Part shown: positions 37,142-49,940 of the stretch, piece by piece
Layout: each line of letters starts with the position of its first letter
Numbering within the stretch: the stretch's first letter is position 1
Source of the DNA: Eukaryota sp. GEM-RC1
Lineage: Eukaryota
Assembly (NCBI GenBank): GCA_040285855.1
Contig: JAUFOQ010000002.1
Span: 248,001 to 312,000 of the forward strand
Length of the DNA: 64,000 nucleotides
Direction of reading: 5' to 3'
Notes under the pieces: generated by a model
Seen by the model: only the letters and a program-made list of their open reading frames with translations
Databases searched by the model: none
What the model was told of the DNA's origin: nothing
Made by a program: the position numbers and the translations under genes

Positions 37142-40100
37142 CTACTACTTCTCCTTCTTCGAGCCAACGCTTCTTCGAGTTCTCTTTGCTATTGGGGTTT
37201 TACTAGGTTTAGCTTTGGATGAGGTTCTCTTTCTGGGACTCGATGGAGGATTATTATTATTTTCATGAACTCGACATAAGCTTTAGTGTTTTTAATGCTA
37301 GAAGAAGCAACTGTTGTGATATCACCGCCATACCACAGAACAGAACACATAAGTCCTTCATGTGAGTGGAACTGTTCCAACACTTGGATGATGACATGTT
37401 CTTCCTTATCACCTGCTGCGACTTGTTGATGTATACCATGGTTAGATGGAAGGTCGGAGTTGTACAGCTTACATTGATGTACACTGGCTTGGGACTCAAC
37501 GCCAGATACGAGGTTCTTGGTTTTCAAGGATGATGGTGAAGGGATCTCGATGACCAGGAATGGGCCAGAGTGTTTGCCATGAAGCTTTGTAGCAGTCTTA
37601 GAGGATCTGAGAATCAGATCGCCAATTACAAATGGATTTGATTTATTGGACTTAGGGGGTCTCTTTGACGATTGATTGCTACTTGCTGATTCCTGCTTTT
37701 CCTTTATTCTCTCGTTTTTTCTTTGAAGGTCTTCAATAAAAGGGATGCTTAAATTGGATGCTTCTAGAGCTTTGATTATGAGACTGGGATCTGCTTTTGG
37801 ACCAAAAGAGGACCCAAACATGAGTTCATAGGGAGTGTGTTCGGTGTAACGGTTCTTGGTAGCGCTAAGCTGGAGTTGGACGAAGGGAATGTATTCAGCC
37901 CAGTTGTCGAATGTACCGAAGTCGATTAGGAAACGTTGAAGGTTTCTTAAGACATCGCGATGACGTCTCTCGACTAGCCCGTTGGATTGAGAAAAATGTG
38001 GAATGGACGTTGAGTTTTCAATTGCCAGCAGTTGACATACTGCGTTGAATGTTGCGTTAGCAAATTCAGGACCGTTATCGCTGTGGATGGAGTAGGGGAA
38101 ACCAAATATACCACAAACGTTGAACACGAGTGCATAAGCAGCTTCTTTGGCGTTCAGATCGATTATTGGGACTAATATTGTGAATCTAGTGAAAGAATCT
38201 ACGAATACTAAGATGAAACGGTTGCCGTCAGCATCAGGGGATAATGGACCAATAGTGTCAACATTGAAGTTTGCTGCTGGCAAAATGTAATCACATCAGC
38301 GATGTTGGGTAGGTCGGATGCTATTGGAACAGTTAGATCATTAACACCACCTGTACCACTGTAATCTCCAGTCAGACGTGGTTTCCTATGATCAGGGTAC
38401 GTGACGAGTACTACAGGGCTTGAGAACTTAGATTGGGGGGAAGATACGGCGAATCCTTGTTCGATAAGTTCATCAAAGATGCCATTGGCAATCTTTAGCT
38501 TCTCAGGATTGAAGAAACGAGGTTTCCGTTTAACGACAGTTGATTCGTCATGGAAGGGGATTCTCATTGGTGGACAATCAAATCCATCAGGGTGTGGTGC
38601 TGATTGGAATATGATCCTGAACTCTTCTAAGAGGGATGACAGTTGTTGATTTAGAAGAGGATTGTCCAAGGTGATTGTGCAACCTGATTCAACTGGATTG
38701 AATGATGTAGAATGATCGGTGTCTCTGATTGATTTCATTGATGGAGGATTGCTCATTAGCTGATCGAATTCTGATTCATCTTTCATGATGATGTTATGTT
38801 CTTTATCTAGTTTTATTACTAGACTGTCCTCTGTTAATAGCCCTAGTTTGTTTAATAAATCGATCCCGATGAGCATTATTTGGGTACCTGGAACAATTGG
38901 GAATGAGTGATCTACAAACACTCCCAAGTTCACAGAACACAGATCCAAGTTTGGGTGTTGACTACACCAGTTGAGATAACGATCCTTGATGTTCTTGATG
39001 ATCTCGTTGGTGGTGTATTCTTTGAATATTTCCTTGTCCTTGAAAAAATACTCGACGTCATGGAAAACGATGGGGATTCCAACGTTCCTTGCGAAATATT
39101 TCATCATGAGCCGAACGTCAAAGCTGTATGAATGCTTTTCGTCGATGGGGATTAGAGTGCAGGCGTTGGCAACTCTGGTGAAACGACGTAGATAGTCGTC
39201 CCACCGTTCACGATTGGACCTGAACCTTTTGTTGGTTGACCAGTCCATCATACAGTTAGCAATCAAGGCTTCTCCTTGACGAGGATTTTCGGCCTGGGTG
39301 TTCAAGATGATACGTTCCCAGATGTACCAATTGTTCAAGAATGTGGGGATAGTCCCATCATTCTTCCAGGAGGTGAGGATGATTGGATCAACATGCAGTT
39401 GTAAGCCGCGGATGTCCACATTTAAGAGGAGGTCTCTTGCGAGATCCAATCCATGGAGGGGCTCACCATGAGTTGGTTTGTTGATTGAGAGTTGATCCTC
39501 GAACGGGGAAAGGAGTTCATCCATGGTTTTAGGATCAGCGATTGATCGCCAAGCTTGCACTTGGTTTTCTAAATCATGGAGATGCTTGGCAGCATCAATG
39601 CCACGTCCTCTAGCTCTGGAGTATCTTCTCCATTCAAGAGCGAAGTTGTAGCATGAAAGGGGATCCGTTTTCTGGAGGTACGGGGGTTTGAGCTTAGCTT
39701 CCCGGCGAGATTCTTTCTCAAGCTCGGCTAAGGCTGCATTCTGGGGAGAGATGTGGCCGGTTGCAGATTCGGTGAATCCGGCTGGGTCCTCGACAGAGGA
39801 AAAATCGACTCTGGAGGTGGAGAAGGCCGATGGCAGAGCTATACTTGGCAACTGATCATCAGTACCGATAGTCTGGATGCTGCCTGCTGTGACCTTTTTC
39901 TTGGGTTTCACCGGAAGAATAACTGGATGTGAGGGTTGTTTCTTCCTATCAGCCCTGACTTCGCTGATAAGTTCTAACATAGAGAGCTTCAACTCATCAT
40001 TTTCTCGAATGAGGCGCTCGATCATTTTGTCACCAGTTTCATTGGGAACCGACTTGGAGGAAGGAGGGGGAAGTCCGTCGTCTGAACTGACGTCTACTAG

Positions 40101-40792
40101 AGAAGCTGGACTAACTTCCACTAGAGATGAGCTACTACTTTCCGGACTAGTAACATGGAGGTCTGTCAAAGTGAGGTCTTCCTCATCATACGATGGGATA
40201 TACTTGTTGATCAAACTGTTAGTAGCCGTACTCGTTAGCTTACGGAACATGGGGGAGCTTCTGTCTTTCTTGGGTCTGGATTTGGACCTTGAGACAGGCT
40301 TTGATCTACCCAACTTCTTTCCGACCTTCTTACCTTTGTTAGGGGAAGTTTTGATGTGGGAAGTTTTCGTATCCATTTCTGGAGAGATGTTGGGAGTACC
40401 TCCATCCTTTTCAGGAGAGGATTTGGTACCTCTATCCTTTTCAGGAGAGGGTTTGGGAGTACCTCCATCCGTTTCAGGAGAGGGTTTTGGAGTACCTCTA
40501 TCCTTTTCAGGAGAGGATTTGGTACCTCTATCTTTTTCAGGAGAGGGTTTTGGGGTACCTCTATCCTTTTCAGGAGAGGATTTGGAGGTGTCTGAAACAC
40601 AGAGGGGAGGATGAACGGCAAAGTCGGATATTTCCGGCTCGGCAGGCTGGGGCTTTGGCTTGGTTCTTTTGAGGAGCCCTTGCTCTTTGGGAGGGGAGTT
40701 TCCCTAACCCTTCCGAAGAAGGTACTCCGCCAAACAGAGCAGAGAATTCATCTGAGGTGAGTTTCTTCTTGGCATTCTCAGCCAATATATAT
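37142..40792 (-). pseudogene. family B unit 2 gag-pol, RT/RNase H deleted
   Basis: Same deletion junction. ORFs 38208-40376 and 37189-38283. Confidence 0.9.
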
Positions 40793-40886
40793 TGATGCTT
40801 TACTGGGTTAGAAATCATACGAGAGTATATAGTATGGAGTGAAATTAAGATAGTTTATGATTGCTATTAGCTATTATATACTTACA
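40793..40886 (-). repeat. family B shared internal LTR
   Basis: 94-bp direct repeat. Confidence 0.93.
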
Positions 40887-43800
40887 CTACTACTTCTCCT
40901 TCTTCGAGCCAACGCTTCTTCGAGTTCTCTTTGCTATTGGGGTTTTACTAGGTTTAGCTTTGGATGAGGTTCTCTTTCTGGGACTCGATGGAGGATTATT
41001 ATTATTTTTCATGAACTCGACATAAGCTTTAGTGTTTTTAATGCTAGAGAAGCAACTGTTGTGATATCACCGCCATACCACAGAACAGAACACATAAGTC
41101 CTTCATGTGAGTGGAACTGTTCCAACACTTGGATGACGACATGTTCTTCCTTATCACCTGCTGCGACTTGTTGATGTATACCATGGTTAGATGGAAGGTC
41201 GGAGTTGTACAGCTTACATTGATGTACACTGGCTTGGGACTCAACGCCAGATACGAGGTTCTTGGTTTTCAAGGATGATGGTGAAGGGATCTCGATGACC
41301 AGGAATGGGCCAGAGTGTTTGCCATGAAGCTTTGTAGCAGTCTTAGAGGATCTGAGAATCAGATCGCCAATTACAAATGGATTTGATTTATTGGACTTAG
41401 GGGGTCTCTTTGACGATTGATTGCTACTTGCTGATTCCTGCTTTTCCTTTATTCTCTCGTTTTTTCTTTGAAGGTCTTCAATAAAAGGGATGCTTAAATT
41501 GGATGCTTCTAGAGCTTTGATTATGAGACTGGGATCTGCTTTTGGACCAAAAGAGGACCCAAACATGAGTTCATAGGGAGTGTGTTCGGTGTAACGGTTC
41601 TTGGTAGCGTTAAGCTGGAGTTGGACGAAGGGAATGTATTCAGCCCAGTTGTCGAATGTACCGAAGTCGATTAGGAAACGTTGAAGGTTTTTTAAGACAT
41701 CGCGATGACGTCTCTCGACTAGCCCGTTGGATTGAGAAAAATGTGGAATGGACGTTGAGTTTTCAATTGCCAGCAGTTGACATACTGCGTTGAATGTTGC
41801 GTTAGCAAATTCAGGACCGTTATCGCTGTGGATGGAGTAGGGGAAACCAAATATACCACAAACGTTGAACACGAGTGCATAAGCAGCTTCTTTGGCGTTC
41901 AGATCGATTATTGGGACTAATATTGTGAATCTAGTGAAAGAATCTACGAATACTAAGATGAAACGGTTGCCGTCAGCATCAGGGGATAATGGACCAATAG
42001 TGTCAACATTGAAGTTTGCTGCTGGCAAAATGTAATCACATCAGCGATGTTGGGTAGGTCGGATGCTATTGGAACAGTTAGATCATTAACACCACCTGTA
42101 CCACTGTAATCTCCAGTCAGACGTGGTTTCCTATGATCAGGGTACGTGACGAGTACTACAGGGCTTGAGAACTTAGATTGGGGGGAAGATACGGCGAATC
42201 CTTGTTCGATAAGTTCATCAAAGATGCCATTGGCAATCTTTAGCTTCTCAGGATTGAAGAAACGAGGTTTCCGTTTAACGACAGTTGATTCGTCATGGAA
42301 GGGGATTCTCATTGGTGGACAATCAATTCCATCAGGGTGTGGTGCTGATTGGAATATGATCCTGAACTCTTCTAAGAGGGATGACAGTTGTTGATTTAGA
42401 AGAGGATTGTCCAAGGTGATTGTGCAACCTGATTCAACTGGATTGAATGATGTAGAATGATCGGTGTCTCTGATTGATTTCATTGATGGAGGATTGCTCA
42501 TTAGCTGATCGAATTCTGATTCATCTTTCATGATGATGTTATGTTCTTTATCTAGTTTTATTACTAGACTGTCCTCTGTTAATAGCCCTAGTTTGTTTAA
42601 TAAATCGATCCCGATGAGCATTGTTTGGGTACCTGGAACAATTGGGAATGAGTGATCTACAAACACTCCCAAGTTCACAGAACACAGATCCAAGTTTGGG
42701 TGTTGACTACACCAGTTGAGATAACGATCCTTGATGTTCTTGATGATCTCGTTGGTGGTGTATTCTTTGAATATTTCCTTGTCCTTGAAAAAATACTCGA
42801 CGTCATGGAAAACGATGGGGATTCCAACGTTCCTTGCGAAATATTTCATCATGAGCCGAACGTCAAAGCTGTATGAATGCTTTTCGTCGATGGGGATTAG
42901 AGTGCAGGCGTTGGCAACTCTGGTGAAACGACGTAGATAGTCGTCCCACCGTTCACGATTGGACCTGAACCTTTTGTTGGTTGACCAGTCCATCATACAG
43001 TTAGCAATCAAGGCTTCTCCTTGACGAGGATTTTCGGCCTGGGTGTTCAAGATGATACGTTCCCAGATGTACCAATTGTTCAAGAATGTGGGGATAGTCC
43101 CATCATTCTTCCAGGAGGTGAGGATGATTGGATCAACATGCAGTTGTAAGCCGCGGATGTCCACATTTAAGAGGAGGTCTCTTGCGAGATCCAATCCATG
43201 GAGGGGCTCACCATGAGTTGGTTTGTTGATTGAGAGTTGATCCTCGAACGGGGAAAGGAGTTCATCCATGGTTTTAGGATCAGCGATTGATCGCCAAGCT
43301 TGCACTTGGTTTTCTAAATCATGGAGATGCTTGGCAGCATCAATGCCACGTCCTCTAGCTCTGGAGTATCTTCTCCATTCAAGAGCGAAGTTGTAGCATG
43401 AAAGGGGATCCGTTTTCTGGAGGTACGGGGGTTTGAGCTTAGCTTCCCGGCGAGATTCTTTCTCAAGCTCGGCTAAGGCTGCATTCTGGGGAGAGATGTG
43501 GCCGGTTGCAGATTCGGTGAATCCGGCTGGGTCCTCGACAGAGGAAAAATCGACTCTGGAGGTGGAGAAGGCCGATGGCAGAGCTATACTTGGCAACTGA
43601 TCATCAGTACCGATAGTCTGGATGCTGCCTGCTGTGACCTTTTTCTTGGGTTTCACCGGAAGAATAACTGGATGTGAGGGTTGTTTCTTCCTATCAGCCC
43701 TGACTTCGCTGATAAGTTCTAACATAGAGAGCTTCAACTCATCATTTTCTCGAATGAGGCGCTCGATCATTTTGTCACCAGTTTCATTGGGAACCGACTT

Positions 43801-44537
43801 GGAGGAAGGAGGGGGAAGTCCGTCGTCTGAACTGACGTCTACTAGAGAAGCTGGACTAACTTCCACTAGAGATGAGCTACTACTTTCCGGACTAGTAACA
43901 TGGAGGTCTGTCAAAGTGAGGTCTTCCTCATCATACGATGGGATATACTTGTTGATCAAACTGTTAGTAGCCGTACTCGTTAGCTTACGGAACATGGGGG
44001 AGCTTCTGTCTTTCTTGGGTCTGGATTTGGACCTTGAGACAGGCTTTGATCTACCCAACTTCTTTCCGACCTTCTTACCTTTGTTAGGGGAAGTTTTGAT
44101 GTGGGAAGTTTTCGTATCCATTTCTGGAGAGATGTTGGGAGTACCTCCATCCTTTTCAGGAGAGGATTTGGTACCTCTATCCTTTTCAGGAGAGGGTTTG
44201 GGGGTACCTCCATCCGTTTCAGGAGAGGGTTTTGGAGTACCTCTATCCTTTTCAGGAGAGGATTTGGTACCTCTATCTTTTCAGGAGAGGGTTTTGGGGT
44301 ACCTCTATCCTTTTCAGGAGAGGATTTGGAGGTGTCTGAAACACAGAGGGGAGGATGAACGGCAAAGTCGGATATTTCCGGCTCGGCAGGCTGGGGCTTT
44401 GGCTTGGTTCTTTTGAGGAGCCCTTGCTCTTTGGGAGGGGGAGTTTCCCTAACCCTTCCGAAGAAGGTACTCCGCCAAACAGAGCAGAGAATTCATCTGA
44501 GGTGAGTTTCTTCTTGGCATTCTCAGCCAATATATAT
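40887..44537 (-). pseudogene. family B unit 3 gag-pol, RT/RNase H deleted
   Basis: Same deletion junction. ORFs 41953-44121 and 41009-42028. Confidence 0.9.
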
Positions 44538-44631
44538 TGATGCTTTACTGGGTTAGAAATCATACGAGAGTATATAGTATGGAGTGAAATTAAGATAGTT
44601 TATGATTGCTATTAGCTATTATATACTTACA
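44538..44631 (-). repeat. family B shared internal LTR
   Basis: 94-bp direct repeat. Confidence 0.93.
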
Positions 44632-47600
44632 CTACTACTTCTCCTTCTTCGAGCCAACGCTTCTTCGAGTTCTCTTTGCTATTGGGGTTTTACTAGGTTT
44701 AGCTTTGGATGAGGTTCTCTTTCTGGGACTCGATGGAGGATTATTATTATTTTCATGAACTCGACATAAGCTTTAGTGTTTTTAATGCTAGAAGAAGCAA
44801 CTGTTGTGATATCACCGCCATACCACAGAACAGAACACATAAGTCCTTCATGTGAGTGGAACTGTTCCAACACTTGGATGATGACATGTTCTTCCTTATC
44901 ACCTGCTGCGACTTGTTGATGTATACCATGGTTAGATGGAAGGTCGGAGTTGTACAGCTTACATTGATGTACACTGGCTTGGGACTCAACGCCAGATACG
45001 AGGTTCTTGGTTTTCAAGGATGATGGTGAAGGGATCTCGATGACCAGGAATGGGCCAGAGTGTTTGCCATGAAGCTTTGTAGCAGTCTTAGAGGATCTGA
45101 GAATCAGATCGCCAATTACAAATGGATTTGATTTATTGGACTTAGGGGGTCTCTTTGACGATTGATTGCTACTTGCTGATTCCTGCTTTTCCTTTATTCT
45201 CTCGTTTTTTCTTTGAAGGTCTTCAATAAAAGGGATGCTTAAATTGGATGCTTCTAGAGCTTTGATTATGAGACTGGGATCTGCTTTTGGACCAAAAGAG
45301 GACCCAAACATGAGTTCATAGGGAGTGTGTTCGGTGTAACGGTTCTTGGTAGCGCTAAGCTGGAGTTGGACGAAGGGAATGTATTCAGCCCAGTTGTCGA
45401 ATGTACCGAAGTCGATTAGGAAACGTTGAAGGTTTCTTAAGACATCGCGATGACGTCTCTCGACTAGCCCGTTGGATTGAGAAAAATGTGGAATGGACGT
45501 TGAGTTTTCAATTGCCAGCAGTTGACATACTGCGTTGAATGTTGCGTTAGCAAATTCAGGACCGTTATCGCTGTGTATGGAGTAGGGGAAACCAAATATA
45601 CCACAAACGTTGAACACGAGTGCATAAGCAGCTTCTTTGGCGTTCAGATCGATTATTGGGACTAATATTGTGAATCTAGTGAAAGAATCTACGAATACTA
45701 AGATGAAACGGTTGCCGTCAGCATCAGGGGATAATGGACCAATAGTGTCAACATTGATTTTGGAGAAGGGCTTATCAGCCCAAAGGGAACCTGAGTGAGG
45801 GATTTGATCTCTTTTGATTGGAGAGGTCTTTTGGCAAGAAGGGCAGTTCTTGATGTGATTGGTTAAATCATCTTTCATGTTTGGCCACCAGTAGTCGCTG
45901 TCGTTCAGAGTTTTGATAGACGTGGATAAACTGGGGTGACCGGATTGAACTAGTCCATGGATGTTTAGCAAGGTGGATTTCCTGAGGGACAATGGGATCA
46001 GGATTTTCTTGTTGGGAGTTAGATATAACTGAACTCTATCGTTGAATGTTGTGTTGATGAAGAGAGGTTCGTTTGATTCGACTGCTTTACGCTGTTCGGA
46101 ACGGATTCTGCTCAACCAATTGCTGAAAATTGGGAGATCTCTTTGTGCAACTTCACAGAGACTGTTAATTGATGGGATGTTTGTGTGGTCAATTCTTGGG
46201 GTAGCTACTGGATCATCAGGGAGCTGAGCATCGGAATGCGAGGGGGAACTGTTGTGAGGACATAACCGTGAGAGCATGTCTGCCCAATGGTTGTCTACTC
46301 CGGATGTGTGTACTATGTCGAATTGGTATTCTGATAGCACGAATAGCCATCTTTTGACCATTCTATTCTTATCGGGACACGAGATAAGATATGCTAGGTT
46401 CTTGTGATCTGTGAAGATTGTAAGGTGTCTAGTCTTGAGGAAGTTTGCCAGACTCGATTCTGTTAAGATGAGGAGAATGGCATAAAGCTCTTCTGGATGG
46501 TTGCCCAGTTGAGCTGAGATTCGGTCAGTATTTTGCTGTAGACACTTATAGGTTGAACCTTTCGTTCTAACAGCGGAGTACCTGGAGGACTTGGTGTAGT
46601 CACATTCCAAATGACTCCTCCCACTGCTAGATCAGAAGCGTCTGCGCTAATGAGGATGTTGCAATTGGGACCAGGAAGGTCGAGGGGGATTTGATTGACT
46701 ATCAACCTTTTGATTGAGTCGAAAGCTTGTTGATGTTGGGGTTCCCATCTCACGCCTTTTGGTTTTCCTTTGCTAGGGCAATGATAGGGGCTATCAACTT
46801 GGATATTCCTAATAACCAGTCTCTGATGTAGTTGATGGAGCCTACGAGGCTTCTGACATCTTCCACTGTCTTGGGAGTTGGCATTTCAAGAACAGCTTTG
46901 ATTCTGACATCGTTGATTGATCTGGTTTTGTTGTGGAAGATACTACCTAATATCTTGATTGGGTGTTTGTAGGTTACAAACTTGCACTTGTGGATGCCGA
47001 GGGTTACTCTGGCGGATTGTGCTTTATTAAAAACTGCTCGAAGTCGAGTTATAAATTCATCGAACGCTGAAGCTATAACTATGATATCATCTAGATAGAT
47101 GAAGACTCCGTCCATTGCGAAGATCTCTGTCATCAGGTTTTGCAAAATTGCTGGTACATTTTTCAAGCCGAATGGAGCTCTAGTGAACGTGATTGTTCTA
47201 CCAGGGATTGATAAAGCAGTTTTGTCCATATCTTGAGGAGCAACTTTGAGTTGCCAGAAGGCTTTTGGGAGATCGAGGGTTGCAATGAAGTTTGCTGCTG
47301 GCAAAATGTAATCACATCAGCGATGTTGGGTAGGTCGGATGCTATTGGAACAGTTAGATCATTAACACCACCTGTACCACTGTAATCTCCAGTCAGACGT
47401 GGTTTCCTATGATCAGGGTACGTGACGAGTACTACAGGGCTTGAGAACTTAGATTGGGGGGAAGACACGGCGAATCCTTGTTCGATAAGTTCATCAAAGA
47501 TGCCATTGGCAATCTTTAGCTTCTCAGGATTGAAGAAACGAGGTTTCCGTTTAACGAAGTTGATTCGTCATGGAAGGGGATTCTCATTGGTGGACAATCA

Positions 47601-49846
47601 ATTCCATCAGGGTGTGGTGCTGATTGGAATATGATCCTGAACTCTTCTAAGAGGGATGACAGTTGTTGATTTAGAAGAGGATTGTCCAAGGTGATTGTGC
47701 AACCTGATTCAACTGGATTGAATGATGTAGAATGATCGGTGTCTCTGATTGATTTCATTGATGGAGGAGTGCTCATTAGGTGATCGAATTCTGATTCATC
47801 TTTCATGATGATGTTATGTTCTTTATCTAGTTTTATTACTAGACTGTCCTCTGTTAATAGCCCTAGTTTGTTTAATAAATCGATCCCGATGAGCATTGTT
47901 TGGGTACCTGGAACAATTGGGAATGAGTGATCTACAAACACTCCCAAGTTCACAGAACACAGATCCAAGTTTGGGTGTTGACTACACCAGTTGAGATAAC
48001 GATCCTTGATGTTCTTGATGATCTCGTTGGTGGTGAATTCTTTGAATATTTCCTTGTCCTTGAAATAATACTCGACGTCATGGAAAACGATGGGGATTCC
48101 AACGTTCCTTGCGAAATGTTTCATCATGAGCCGAACGTCAAAGCTGTATGAATGCTTTTCGTCGTTGGAGATTAGAGTGCAGGCGTTGGCAACTCTGGTG
48201 AAACGACGTAGATAGTCGTCCCACCGTTCACGATTGGACCTGAACCTTTTGTTGGTTGACCAGTCCATCATACAGTTAGCAATCAAGGCTTCTCCTTGAC
48301 GAGGATTTTCGGCCTGGGTGTTCAAGATGATACGTTCCCAGATGTACCAATTGTTCAAGAATGTGGGGATAGTCCCATCATTCTTCCAGGAGGTGAGGAT
48401 GATTGGATCAACATGCAGTTGTAAGCCGCGGATGTCCACATTTAAGAGGAGGTCTCTTGCGAGATCCAATCCATGGAGGGGCTCACCATGAGTTGGTTTG
48501 TTGATTGAGAGTTGATCCTCGAACGGGAAAAGGAGTTCATCCATGGTTTTAGGATCAGCGATTGATCGCCAAGCTTGCACTTGGTTTTCTAAATCATGGA
48601 GATGCTTGGCAGCATCAATGCCACGTCCTCTAGCTCTGGAGTATCTTCTCCATTCAAGAGCGAAGTTGTAGCATGAAAGGGGATCCGTTTTCTGGAGGTA
48701 CGGGGGTTTGAGCTTAGCTTCCCGGCGAGATTCTTTCTCAAGCTCGGCTAAGGCTGCATTCTGGGGAGAGATGTGGCCGGTTGCAGATTCGGTGAATCCG
48801 GCTGGGTCCTCGACAGAGGAAAAATCGACTCTGGAGGTGGAGAAGGCCGATGGCAGAGCTATACTTGGCAACTGATCATCAGTACCGATAGTCTGGATGC
48901 TGCCTGCTGTGACCTTTTTCTTGGGTTTCACCGGAAGAATAACTGGATGTGAGGGTTGTTTCTTCCTATCAGCCCTGACTTCGCTGATAAGTTCTAACAT
49001 AGAGAGCTTCAACTCATCATTTTCTCGAATGAGGCGCTCGATCATTTTGTCACCAGTTTCATTGGGAACCGACTTGGAGGAAGGAGGGGGAAGTCCGTCG
49101 TCTGAACTGACGTCTACTAGAGAAGCTGGACTAACTTCCACTAGAGATGAGCTACTACTTTCCGGACTAGTAACATGGAGGTCTGTCAAAGTGAGGTCTT
49201 CCTCATCATACGATGGGATATACTTGTTGATCAAACTGTTAGTAGCCGTACTCGTTAGCTTACGGAACATGGGGGAGCTTCTGTCTTTCTTGGGTCTGGA
49301 TTTGGACCTTGAGACAGGCTTTGATCTACCCAACTTCTTTCCGACCTTCTTACCTTTGTTAGGGGAAGTTTTGATGTGGGAAGTTTTCGTATCCATTTCT
49401 GGAGAGATGTTGGGAGTACCTCCATCCTTTTCAGGAGAGGATTTGGTACCTCTATCCTTTTCAGGAGAGGGTTTGGGAGTACCTCCATCCGTTTCAGGAG
49501 AGGGTTTGGGAGTACCTCCATCCGTTTCAGGAGAGGGTTTTGGAGTACCTCTATCCTTTTCAGGAGAGGATTTGGTACCTCTATCTTTTTCAGGAGAGGG
49601 TTTTGGGGTACCTCTATCCTTTTCAGGAGAGGATTTGGAGGTGTCTGAAACACAGAGGGGAGGATGAACGGCAAAGTCGGATATTTCCGGCTCGGCAGGC
49701 TGGGGCTTTGGCTTGGTTCTTTTGAGGAGCCCTTGCTCTTTGGGAGGGGGAGTTTCCCTAACCCTTCCGAAGAAGGTACTCCGCCAAACAGAGCAGAGAA
49801 TTCATCTGAGGTGAGTTTCTTCTTGGCATTCTCAGCCAATATATAT
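44632..49846 (-). pseudogene. family B unit 4 gag-pol with RT, RNase H, integrase and chromodomain-like tail (frameshifted)
   Basis: YLDD, ADASD, DHKNL, HGLVQSGH..CPSC, VDT/SDN/VER and EHVIIQVL..CSVLWYGGD. Confidence 0.9.
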
Positions 49847-49940
49847 TGATGCTTTACTGGGTTAGAAATCATACGAGAGTATATAGTATGGAGTGAAATT
49901 AAGATAGTTTATGATTGCTATTAGCTATTATATACTTACA
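49847..49940 (-). repeat. family B shared internal LTR
   Basis: 94-bp direct repeat. Confidence 0.93.
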
